Below, piece by piece: positions 1 through 7,968 of a DNA stretch of 38,156 nucleotides. The stretch's first letter is position 1; each line of letters begins with the position of its first letter. The DNA is from Rikenellaceae bacterium (GTDB lineage Bacteria > Bacteroidota > Bacteroidia > Bacteroidales > Rikenellaceae), in contig JAZOQL010000013.1 of NCBI GenBank assembly GCA_045656065.1, positions 1-38,156 on the forward strand, read 5' to 3'. Position numbers and translations under genes: made by a program. The notes beneath the pieces are model-generated. The model made no database searches. It worked only from the letters and a program-made list of their open reading frames with translations, and was not told the origin of the DNA.

Positions 1-11
1 AAAAATAGATG
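1..11. repeat. Terminal direct repeat AAAAATAGATG, copy 1 (circular-closure overlap)
   Basis: Identical to 38146..38156. Confidence 0.9.
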
Positions 12-172
12 TACGCTTCCGGGTGAATATCGACGTTGAAGTTGTTCGGAAGCTTGTGATGATACTTGACGTAGTAAGCGGCGGCAAGCATAACAAGAAC
101 GAAATCATCACCCCCAAGAGCCTTGTATGCCTTGAGGATGATGTTCGGGTCGAGTGTCAGTTTCGTTTCCAT
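1..172 (-). CDS. Hypothetical protein, 5' part of the junction-spanning gene (continues at 38145 downwards)
   Basis: ATG at 172..170. METKLTLDPNIILKAYKALGGDDFVLVMLAAAYYVKYHHKLPNNFNVDIHPEAYIYF runs off the left edge without a stop. The frame matches the open frame at the right edge once the 11-nt overlap is removed. Confidence 0.6.
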   Translation of the reverse strand, partial: METKLTLDPNIILKAYKALGGDDFVLVMLAAAYYVKYHHKLPNNFNVDIHPEAYIYF

Positions 173-570
173 ATCTTCTGGTGTTAGCGATAAAAAATCT
201 GGTCCGTTGGGTTTCCGGAGCCTCCATTTCCGTACTTCCCATTGGACCAGTAATCTTCTGCGATGAGCGATTTTTGGAGGCAGCACCATCGTTCCTGTTC
301 CAAAGATACGGACAATATTTCGGAATCGCAAGGGCTTGGAACAAAAATTGCAGTGTCCGTCCAGATTACGAAAAAGTAATCGAGTATGATTACGGAACCT
401 TCCCTTCCCTCCAATGGAAAGAAGAAAGGTTCCCCCACACCCCTATAAAGAAGAAAGGTTAACCAGCAAATGCTTTGTTGATACTCAACAAACCATTTTC
501 CTTTCCTAACCAGTGCTTACGCATATTGTTTAACCAAAGGTGTTGTTTAATGGGTCTATCGTAGTGTAAG

Positions 571-1065
571 CTAAGAGACAGTCTGACGAAACTTGAGATA
601 GATGACGACGACGAAGACTAACAACAGCAGAGCATCAAGAACTAACAATGACCAGCACCAACGGGGAACAACCTTACGGATGACCTCGACCTCAACAGGG
701 ACTTCCTTGACAACGATGCTGTCCTTACGGATTTCGACCTTACGGTCCTGGTATTTGATGACTGTTCTGATTGAGTCCTTACGGTTAACGATAGAGCCCT
801 TGAGGGTGTGAGTCAAGGTGTCAACATAAGCAGCAGCGGAAGCAAGAGTAGTCTCAAGCTTGAGTGTATCGTAAACGGGGACGACATCAACGTAACGTTC
901 AATCGGCACCTGGACGTAGATTGTGCTGTCCTTCCACCTTATCGAATCCCTGATTGTCGTCTGTGCCTGTGTGTGCGTCTCTATCGCTACTGGGCGTATC
1001 GCCGCACACCCCGTCACCAGGATTGCGATAACCAATGATGTGATAACGTTGAAACAAAACCTCAT
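571..1065 (-). CDS. Unimolecular spanin candidate (N-terminal lipoprotein signal plus C-terminal transmembrane helix)
   Basis: MRFCFNVITSLVIAILVTGC has a lipobox (VTGC). The C-terminus WCWSLLVLDALLLLVFVVVIYLKF is a transmembrane helix. The middle carries repeated (R)KDSI motifs. It is the last gene of the lysis cassette, 12 nt after the endolysin stop. The track start at 1071 is TTG; the first ATG is at 1065. Confidence 0.55.
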   Translation of the reverse strand: MRFCFNVITSLVIAILVTGCAAIRPVAIETHTQAQTTIRDSIRWKDSTIYVQVPIERYVDVVPVYDTLKLETTLASAAAYVDTLTHTLKGSIVNRKDSIRTVIKYQDRKVEIRKDSIVVKEVPVEVEVIRKVVPRWCWSLLVLDALLLLVFVVVIYLKFRQTVS

Positions 1066-1077
1066 TCTCAAGCTCCA

Positions 1078-1506
1078 TTATGCTGCGGTCAGTCCGAACA
1101 TTTTACGGCGTTGCTCACCTCGGTTGGAATAGAGGCTGAAATGGACCCACTTCGCCCCTGAGGATTTGCTGGTTTCCCAGATGCACTGGTCGAAGCCCTT
1201 ACCAACGAGCCACCTCTTCAAGAACGCTTCGAACTCAGCCATTTTTCCGTTTACTGGCGATATGTCAACTGCGTTACCGTATTGATGAGCACTACCTGAA
1301 ACTCCACCGACTGCGGCATTGAGTTGCGGGCATCGATACCCTGAACTGACCCTAATGCCGGAGCCCCAGGCTTCCCTCATATTGTCCAGAAAAGCGGCGA
1401 GCCTGTGTAGATTTCCGACCACTTCCCAACTGGGACTGTTGTCTATTCGCTTTCTGATTGCGGTGTCGCTCTTCAACAGTTCCTGCAATGTAAACCACTT
1501 ACTCAT
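1078..1506 (-). CDS. Endolysin, zinc peptidase M15 (VanY / L-Ala-D-Glu peptidase-like)
   Basis: SGYRCPQLNAAVGGVSGSAHQYGNAVD carries the H-x6-D zinc motif, with a later WVHF histidine. 142 aa. The start overlaps the holin stop (ATGAGTAA). Confidence 0.8.
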   Translation of the reverse strand: MSKWFTLQELLKSDTAIRKRIDNSPSWEVVGNLHRLAAFLDNMREAWGSGIRVSSGYRCPQLNAAVGGVSGSAHQYGNAVDISPVNGKMAEFEAFLKRWLVGKGFDQCIWETSKSSGAKWVHFSLYSNRGEQRRKMFGLTAA

Positions 1507-1813
1507 TTTCCTCGCCCTCCATACCGACTATCGAGTCTTCGTTAGATATTCCGTCGTTATCAGGGGTTTCCTCGATATGACCTACGGTTATTGAACCGAC
1601 CTTGGTGTTGATTTTGACCTTCTTGTTGTCGTCAAGGGCTTTGGCTCCGAACGCCAATGCTGGGTAGCAGAACATTATTGCGACGCCCTGGAGTACGCTC
1701 GGATGGATTTCACCCTGAGGTGGAAGCAAGAACGATGTTATCAATAAACCGAGGCTGATGAAGAGCGTTACGAAGAACGCTACGAAGTAGTGATTACGAA
1801 TGCAGTTTTTCAT
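1499..1813 (-). CDS. Holin candidate (two transmembrane helices, acidic C-terminal tail)
   Basis: Transmembrane helices YFVAFFVTLFISLGLLITSFLL and VLQGVAIMFCYPALAFGA, followed by a charged tail. Lies immediately upstream of, and overlapping, the endolysin gene. Confidence 0.55.
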   Translation of the reverse strand: MKNCIRNHYFVAFFVTLFISLGLLITSFLLPPQGEIHPSVLQGVAIMFCYPALAFGAKALDDNKKVKINTKVGSITVGHIEETPDNDGISNEDSIVGMEGEENE

Positions 1814-2232
1814 TATTCCGGACAGATGATTTCTTTAGGTACCTCGATTTCAAGCGTCACATACATACCAGCACACTCATCCTTGAACTTCTCGGTGAAG
1901 CTCTGGTACTTCCTGATGCCTGTAACCTCGGCGTTATAATCAGCGCAGAACCTGTTAACGATGTTGTCCAGAACCTGTTTGGCGGTGGACTCGATTTCAA
2001 GTTCGTTGCTCTTATCGTCCAGGAGTCTATCCACATAGAACAAATTGAACCCATAAACATCAAACAAATCATTGCTTCTGTGTGTGGTTTGTACCACATA
2101 GAACACAGCGTACCTCACACTTGGGTTTCCGTTCAAATCATCATACAGGTGGTTCTCACCGACTGTACGGACATTCGGCTGGTCGAGGGCGATATTTTGA
2201 AGGGTCTTTACGACCGAGTATAGCGTAGCCAT
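1813..2232 (-). CDS. Hypothetical protein, co-transcribed with the lysis cassette; possible virion neck/tail accessory
   Basis: The ORF runs to 2301, but the ATG at 2232 (MATLYSVVKTL...) lies 15 nt downstream of a TATATTTAT box (2248..2256). The stop overlaps the holin ATG (TAATG). Confidence 0.5.
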   Translation of the reverse strand: MATLYSVVKTLQNIALDQPNVRTVGENHLYDDLNGNPSVRYAVFYVVQTTHRSNDLFDVYGFNLFYVDRLLDDKSNELEIESTAKQVLDNIVNRFCADYNAEVTGIRKYQSFTEKFKDECAGMYVTLEIEVPKEIICPE

Positions 2233-2317
2233 TGTTATTCCTTTGGAATAAATATAGTTTTCACACCCATCGGCTTTGTCACTTTTCGAAATTTTTGACA
2301 TTTTTTTTTAAGAAACC

Positions 2318-2349
2318 CTTGCTTATTAAGATTTCCGAACATATCTTTG
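2318..2349 (+). promoter_or_regulatory. Candidate Bacteroidota-type promoter (CTTG-N19-TATCTTTG) for the plus-strand gene 2473..3054
   Basis: TATCTTTG at 2342..2349 matches TAnnTTTG. A TTG-containing -33-like element lies 19 nt upstream. Confidence 0.3.
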
Positions 2350-2472
2350 GTTAGAGTTCGAAACGAACCAAGTAGCGAGACGGCTTTACAATCGCCAAAA
2401 GTTCGGGCGCCAGTAAGTGACTCGACAATAGAAACACTGACCGCACCAACGAAGCATACTAACCGAGACACT

Positions 2473-3054
2473 ATGCCAAGAACCGAAAAACAGAGAGAAA
2501 CAGCTAAAAGGTACCGGGAGGCACTGCGAGAAATCAAGCTTGCCGAAGGTAAAATGAGAAACATTGAATCCAGGGTTGTTTTGAAAGGTTACGGTTTCAG
2601 GGTAGTAGTCAGTACTTTTAACAAATACGACGTCGATACAGTCAATCTTGATGGGACGATAAACTGTGAGGGGGGTGATTATAACGGAAGTGTATTGAGG
2701 TCGGTTGACTTGGAATTGAGGCGGCTAATCAGGGAATGGGTTAACAAACATTCGGACCATTGGTTCAATCGGTACATTGCCATAGTTGACGCACTTGACA
2801 ATTACAACAAGGAACGCAGATACAACTACATCAAGTACGTACCCAAGAACAAGCACATCAAAATCGACATAACCCTGAAACAAAAAAACAACTTGCCCTG
2901 GAAGGAAGTTGTCTCAGTAGTTTCGGAAGACCTCCGGGACCTGTATGATGGAATCGTCGAAACGATAGAAAGCAATGGTTTAGCCCTGAAGAACTTCAAG
3001 GGCTACAACTCGAAAGATTATGGAACCCAGAAGACCTGTTGCTCAGTAACTTAA
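2473..3054 (+). CDS. Hypothetical protein; lone plus-strand gene inside the minus-strand late region (moron-like)
   Basis: First ATG is MPRTEKQRETAKRYREAL...; the track start at 2347 is TTG and sits inside the putative promoter. Its stop overlaps the convergent gene's stop (TTAA at 3051..3054). Confidence 0.5.
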   Translation: MPRTEKQRETAKRYREALREIKLAEGKMRNIESRVVLKGYGFRVVVSTFNKYDVDTVNLDGTINCEGGDYNGSVLRSVDLELRRLIREWVNKHSDHWFNRYIAIVDALDNYNKERRYNYIKYVPKNKHIKIDITLKQKNNLPWKEVVSVVSEDLRDLYDGIVETIESNGLALKNFKGYNSKDYGTQKTCCSVT

Positions 3055-3665
3055 CACCTGGGATTGCGATAGCCACCAAGCCATAGTCCGGTTGAAGCAG
3101 CACTATCGAGGTTTGACCTCATTGAATTGCAGGCGCAACTGTCGATAGGGAACAAATCGGAATTGGCAAGCAGGTATTCCTGCATACGTTTAAGGTACGC
3201 ATCAGCCTTAATGATGTGGAAATGCTGGAGTTTTTCAGCATCGGCAACCGAAAGGTTCTCTACATACTCGTCCTTGCTATGGACAGTACCAAGATTGGCA
3301 ACCTTAGCACTGACGATAGGAATGAGGTCAGCCAGGACCCTTTCAAGAAGGAAAGGCTGGATGTACTCATCAAGAAGCTCTTTGAAATTCGCATTTTCCG
3401 GGTCTATGATGGAACCATCGGACACAACGTCGATGATAGAGTCGTACAATGTCTTACCAAGGACCGGAGCAAGGTACAGTTCCTGGCTCGTCCTGATTGC
3501 TGGCAAAAGATATTTACCATACATATTGTCGGTTAGTTCGGAGTTGGTTTTAACGTAGTCCTCGCTAATAAGTAGAATATTCTGCATTGCAATGTAGTTT
3601 TCAGTAAATATTAAAACTGCGTTGAATGGCATCAACATATAAAAAACGGTACCTTCTGTGTTCAA
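3051..3665 (-). CDS. Hypothetical protein (possible head-tail connector-type protein)
   Basis: 204-aa ORF with an alternative ATG at 3587 (MQNILLISEDYVK...). No motif recognised with certainty. Confidence 0.5.
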   Translation of the reverse strand: MNTEGTVFYMLMPFNAVLIFTENYIAMQNILLISEDYVKTNSELTDNMYGKYLLPAIRTSQELYLAPVLGKTLYDSIIDVVSDGSIIDPENANFKELLDEYIQPFLLERVLADLIPIVSAKVANLGTVHSKDEYVENLSVADAEKLQHFHIIKADAYLKRMQEYLLANSDLFPIDSCACNSMRSNLDSAASTGLWLGGYRNPRC

Positions 3666-3834
3666 TATTCATATTTGGTTAATTTGTTTCGGACTCTTGT
3701 CGGTTTCTGTACCGTTCCGACAATTCGACTATCCTTCTGTTAGCATATATGAAAAACGTTGTGTCTCGTTTACGTTTATGATGTTTACGTACTGTCAGTT
3801 TTTTCAGCCAGTTTGACAACGTTCTGGCTCACAT

Positions 3835-3911
3835 TGCGGGGTAGAGCAGTTGGTTAGCTCGTCAGACTCATTATCTGGAGGTCGCAGGTTCGAGACCTGC
3901 CCCCGCAACCA
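3835..3911 (+). tRNA. tRNA with CAU anticodon (Met, or Ile2 if lysidine-modified), CCA encoded
   Basis: Manual cloverleaf: acceptor TGCGGGG/CCCCGCA, U8 A9, D arm GAGC-AGTTGGTTA-GCTC, anticodon arm TCAGA-CTCATTA-TCTGG (CAT at 3869..3871), variable loop AGGTC, T arm GCAGG-TTCGAGA-CCTGC, discriminator A, CCA. Confidence 0.9.
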
Positions 3912-3955
3912 AGCCTTCTGGCTTGAACAGGCACAAGTTAGTTATCTTTTGGTGG

Positions 3956-3987
3956 GTGCCCAGGGTAAAACCTGGGCACTTTTTTTT
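3956..3987 (+). terminator. Rho-independent terminator after the tRNA
   Basis: GTGCCCAGG-gtaaaa-CCTGGGCAC followed by T8. Confidence 0.75.
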
Positions 3988-4111
3988 ATTGAAACACTTG
4001 ATAATTTCGTAATAAAACCGTATCTTTGATATAACAATAAGTCAATAGGTGAATATAAATGTGGCAGAGCTGCTGAGAAGCACCTCCCGCTAAAAACAAA
4101 GGTTTTTCAAG

Positions 4112-4140
4112 AAAAACCCCCAGGCTGTAAAGTCCGGGGG
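4112..4140 (-). terminator. Rho-independent terminator after the distal tail-fibre gene
   Basis: On the minus strand: CCCCCGG-actttacag-CC(T)GGGGG followed by TTTTTC. Confidence 0.65.
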
Positions 4141-4148
4141 TTCCTTTT

Positions 4149-6443
4149 TTATATCGACTTGAATAGTTTCGCAATGAACGGAGCCTTGCTGCTGTCAAGT
4201 CCGGAAATCATAAACTCTCTTGCGTAAATCGGGTCAGGGTCACCACTGACGTAGGCATTGGTGAGTGCCATACTGTTTCCGTACTTCATCACCGCAGCGT
4301 CCGTTGACGTTCCAATCGAACTTCCGGCAGAGTCATAAATGGTGCTACCGAACTCGAACACACCCGGAGTACTACCGAGGGAAATGTTGTCGCCGTTGAT
4401 TTGCAGGTACTTGTTGGTGCCAGCCTGTTTCAAGGTATAACCACCGGACACCGCCTGTATCTCAAAGAACAGAAGGTCTGAAGGCAGATTGGTAATCTGG
4501 TTGTTTCCGTATGTCACATCCGTCGCTATTGCCGTATAAGGTCCGATGTCGGTCGTCGGTACGTACCACTTGTTGTCCGAGTACAGCGAGGCGAAGGTAT
4601 AGTACTCGCCGGGCTGTGGATTGAACTGTGTGTACGGACACTTGGTGAAACCGGATGGAGCCACAACTGGTTGAGGCGGCTGCACTGCGTCCTCATTGTA
4701 GTTGATGACCTGCAACACCTCAGCATCGGTAAGGGCGTCATTTGACAGGTACATCCAATACAAAATACCGTTGAAATACTGAGACCAGCCGTATTCACTA
4801 AAGAAACAAATCTTGTCAGAAGCACTACCCCAGGATATTGATGTTCCACTCGCCTGTTGCAACACATTACCATTAACATCAAGCACAGACCTTTCACACT
4901 TTCCGTCAGCCTGTACTCTTATAAGCATAATGTAAGGGTCGGTAGCAGGTGTATATCTAAGGAAACTTCCACTCGATGTATGGAATTGTATTCCTCGAAT
5001 CATATAATTATAGCCGCTTCCTCTGTTACCGAACAATGTCTGGTCATTAGTGGTGAACGAACCGACCTTATAGATGGCAGTTAATTTTCTGTCATTACTA
5101 TCCCTGTTGAAAGGATTGTCTGAAGAAGTATTATACGCTTTTGTCATAACCGCCGTCGAACCAACAAACGATACACAGTCAGCACTAACGTTGGTAGGTG
5201 CCTGGTCAAGAACGAGGTCCTCATTGAACAACTGACCCTGAGTCTTAGGGAACGTATATGTGCCTGGGTCGTATTCCTTGGCGTTGTAATTGAACATAAA
5301 CGGTTTCTGCGGTAGTGGCATATTCCAATGTATCGTCACATTCGTACTTGCTGAATATTGAAGGTCTGTGGTCGTAGCCGTAATTTCGGTGTTTATGTCA
5401 GCCTGGGTCGAGTTGGTAAGTGCGGTAATCTGTACCGTAGATTCACCACTGCTTCCACTTGCCTGACTGACCGCAATGTAGTTGCTGTCATACGAAAGCG
5501 TCCATCCGGTAGAGGATTTGATTTGGAGCGTTCCGGTGCCTCCGGTATAAGCGAACGCCATTGAAGAAGGTTTGAGTTTGATGCCCTGGAAAGGTCCAGT
5601 AGGAAATATCAAAATGTCACCAAGGTACATTGCATCAACTGTCAGGTCACCGAGATACATACCTTCCGCACCAAGGTCACCGAGATAGACGTTACCAATA
5701 GAACCAGGGACCACCATTTTTTTCTGTGTGACAGTAAGTATGGCGGTTTTACCAGAACAGGTGAATTCAACTGTTCCGGTCCTGTTTGTGGTCGTATCCT
5801 GGTAGTCAGGCGTAGTGATAGTGACCGTAGTCTGTCCTGAAGCCCCGGACAACGTTGATGCGGTAATCCAGTTGTCCGACACAACGGCGGTCCAGTTGTC
5901 TTCTGCGGTTACGAGAACCGTATCGGAACCTCCGGTTGACTTGAAACTAACAGAGTTCTTATCGAGGGAAATTTCATCTGTGCCGATTTCAACATACACC
6001 TGACCAGCGGACACACTCGTACCTGTGTAGCAGTAGTACAATGGGACATATCCGTCCCAAGTAGTGAAGTCAACCTCATAGAACGTCTGTCCATCAATGA
6101 CTACGATGTTGTCGTAGAACTGGGTCCTGCGAACGTCGTGGACGGCAGTCCCGGCGGTGCCGGACCCAGATGTGACCGCAACGTCGTTTGTTGTCCTATA
6201 TTGGTTGAGGAACGTACAGGTAAAACTATTGTCACCCCTACCAGTCCTATGCGTCGAAGCATAACCCCAGTTCGGTCCGGCATTCAAGTACCAGTCCCTG
6301 TTGTCGATGGTTATACCACTTAGCTCACTAAACTCCAAGAAGTCACTCGTATTCTGTGCGATGGTAAGGTTTTCCAACCACCTAACTTTTCCGAAAGGCG
6401 TCCTGTTGTCGAGCGTAGTTATGTCAACCCACTGCTTACTCAT
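4149..6443 (-). CDS. Tail fibre / receptor-binding protein with two BACON domains and a LamG (concanavalin-like) domain
   Basis: BACON-like segments: DKNSVSFKSTGGSDTVLVTAEDNWTAVVSDNWITAS...NRTGTVEFTCSGKTAILTVTQ and LKPSSMAFAYTGGTGTLQIKSSTGWTLSYDSNYIAVSQ... . LamG-like end motif: ILYWMYLSNDALTDAEVLQVINYN. (M/V)YLGDL occurs three times. Confidence 0.65.
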   Translation of the reverse strand: MSKQWVDITTLDNRTPFGKVRWLENLTIAQNTSDFLEFSELSGITIDNRDWYLNAGPNWGYASTHRTGRGDNSFTCTFLNQYRTTNDVAVTSGSGTAGTAVHDVRRTQFYDNIVVIDGQTFYEVDFTTWDGYVPLYYCYTGTSVSAGQVYVEIGTDEISLDKNSVSFKSTGGSDTVLVTAEDNWTAVVSDNWITASTLSGASGQTTVTITTPDYQDTTTNRTGTVEFTCSGKTAILTVTQKKMVVPGSIGNVYLGDLGAEGMYLGDLTVDAMYLGDILIFPTGPFQGIKLKPSSMAFAYTGGTGTLQIKSSTGWTLSYDSNYIAVSQASGSSGESTVQITALTNSTQADINTEITATTTDLQYSASTNVTIHWNMPLPQKPFMFNYNAKEYDPGTYTFPKTQGQLFNEDLVLDQAPTNVSADCVSFVGSTAVMTKAYNTSSDNPFNRDSNDRKLTAIYKVGSFTTNDQTLFGNRGSGYNYMIRGIQFHTSSGSFLRYTPATDPYIMLIRVQADGKCERSVLDVNGNVLQQASGTSISWGSASDKICFFSEYGWSQYFNGILYWMYLSNDALTDAEVLQVINYNEDAVQPPQPVVAPSGFTKCPYTQFNPQPGEYYTFASLYSDNKWYVPTTDIGPYTAIATDVTYGNNQITNLPSDLLFFEIQAVSGGYTLKQAGTNKYLQINGDNISLGSTPGVFEFGSTIYDSAGSSIGTSTDAAVMKYGNSMALTNAYVSGDPDPIYAREFMISGLDSSKAPFIAKLFKSI

Positions 6444-6445
6444 TT

Positions 6446-7966
6446 TTACTCGTCTGGAACAATTATGTATAGTGTAGTGGCATTATGTGATGCCATTGCG
6501 TCGTAGTCGTCCTGTGAACCAGTCCAGAAATCAATACCGAGAGCCTGGGCAATGGTCTCGAATACTGGGGCGGTATCACCCTGCGATACAAGCAAACTTC
6601 CGGTTGCTCCCGACGCTGTAGGAACAAACATCCTCTGTATCGGAAGGTTATTATTTGAAGAGAAGTAAGCCCAAGGCGAACTGTAGCCACTATTATTGAT
6701 ATAAATTACCTTGTCGTAAGCTGGACGCCCAGGATACGCTTCACCCGTAGTGTAGTCAAAGTTGGTCAGGTAGTACGTTGGTGAAGAAATATAGTTAACG
6801 AGTGACATATCCCTTGAAATCGGGTAGTTTCTACTCAGCGGCTGACTAAGCTCGTAGTGACTTGTTGAAATTTCAGTGACACAGGGTATTAACAACTGTA
6901 TGTAATGAGTGTTTGGTCTCAACTGTATTACATTGTCATTCCAAGACACATACATCTGTACACTACTGTTATTGATGTATGTTTCACTTCCGGCATTACG
7001 CTGGATTTGGTAGAGAACAGAGCCAGTCTTTCCACTGTTGTCGTAAACGTCGATTGTGTCGTTTCCGAGATTGAAATAACACCAAATTTGAGTCCCCCCA
7101 GTGTTACCCTTAATCCAGCCCAAACCGAAAGCAAGCTCGCCATCCATAGACCCAGGAATCACACCGTAGAACAATGTCGCACTATCGCACATATCCCTAC
7201 TATAGGTGCGAAGTACGTCGGCACCAGTCCAATAACCCCACTTGCCAGCACCGTTAACGAACTTAATAAGCACTCCGTTGTAGTTGTACACAGCACCGTC
7301 AACCGGGTCGGAAGGCAACTCGGTAATCATTTCCACACTGCTTGCGTCACCACCGCCTTCAATAACGATGTCACCGCCTTCGGTAATAGCACTTCCGTTG
7401 ATGGTTGCAAAATCAGTCGTAGGCGTATAGGCTGTGAGAGCGTCAGAAATACTTTGGGTAACAGCCGTAGTGTCAGCCTTGCCACTTACTGCGTTTTCAA
7501 CGTCCTGGGTGGTAGCCATACCACTTGTTGCCGAGGTAATCATAGAATCGACATCATCCGAGGTCACAAAATCATCAGTAGCCTCGGAAATCATCGTTTC
7601 CACATCCCCGGTCGTAGTGAACCCGCTAATCATCGTCTCTACGTCGCCAGAAGTGACGAAATTCTGCGTCTGGGAGGTAATCTGGGACTGGACGTCACCG
7701 GAGGTAACAAAGTCGCTTGTAGCCTCGGAAATCATCGTTTCCACATCACCTGTGGTGGCATAGTCGAGCGTCATTCCGGTAACTGTTGACTCAATCGCCT
7801 CGGTAAGTCCGGTTACGTTGATAATGTTGGTCGGGGTAATCTCAATGTTGGTACCAGCATAGTATCTCTCGGTGCCACCCGTTGAAGGATGGTACGCAGA
7901 AGCCTCAATATTGGTCCTTGGTATGTGGACCCTCTGGGTTTCAGTTGTATTGTCGAAATAAACCAT
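6446..7966 (-). CDS. Tail fibre protein with an N-terminal tandem ~15-aa repeat region
   Basis: Repeats of the form (F)VTSGDVETMISEAT(S/D)D. 506 aa. Translationally coupled between the portal gene and the distal fibre gene. Confidence 0.65.
   Translation of the reverse strand: MVYFDNTTETQRVHIPRTNIEASAYHPSTGGTERYYAGTNIEITPTNIINVTGLTEAIESTVTGMTLDYATTGDVETMISEATSDFVTSGDVQSQITSQTQNFVTSGDVETMISGFTTTGDVETMISEATDDFVTSDDVDSMITSATSGMATTQDVENAVSGKADTTAVTQSISDALTAYTPTTDFATINGSAITEGGDIVIEGGGDASSVEMITELPSDPVDGAVYNYNGVLIKFVNGAGKWGYWTGADVLRTYSRDMCDSATLFYGVIPGSMDGELAFGLGWIKGNTGGTQIWCYFNLGNDTIDVYDNSGKTGSVLYQIQRNAGSETYINNSSVQMYVSWNDNVIQLRPNTHYIQLLIPCVTEISTSHYELSQPLSRNYPISRDMSLVNYISSPTYYLTNFDYTTGEAYPGRPAYDKVIYINNSGYSSPWAYFSSNNNLPIQRMFVPTASGATGSLLVSQGDTAPVFETIAQALGIDFWTGSQDDYDAMASHNATTLYIIVPDE
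7470..7755 (-). repeat. Degenerate ~45-nt in-frame tandem repeats inside the fibre gene
   Basis: About six peptide repeats (TGDVETMISEATSDFV / TSGDVQSQITSQTQNFV ...). cctcggaaatcatcgtttccacatc recurs about 140 nt apart. Confidence 0.6.
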
Positions 7967-7968
7967 CG

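Noticed and set aside
108-462. Three overlapping ORFs (108..344 -, 154..462 +, 184..438 -)
   Set aside because: The two longer ORFs start at GTG, and none of the three has an internal Met. They are mutually exclusive, two overlap the junction gene's N-terminus, and their composition is odd. The interval was treated as non-coding and reported as a finding.
2347-2472. TTG-initiated extension of the plus-strand ORF 2347..3054
   Set aside because: The TTG lies inside the putative -7 box, so it would not be on the transcript. The first ATG is at 2473.
3986-4198. 70-aa minus-strand ORF across the fibre terminator region
   Set aside because: It overlaps the fibre gene's 3' end and both terminators, and has no coding-like composition.
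6905-7789. 294-aa plus-strand ORF (and 7434..7763)
   Set aside because: It is antisense to the repeat region of the tail-fibre gene. The open frame is a by-product of the repetitive, stop-poor sequence.
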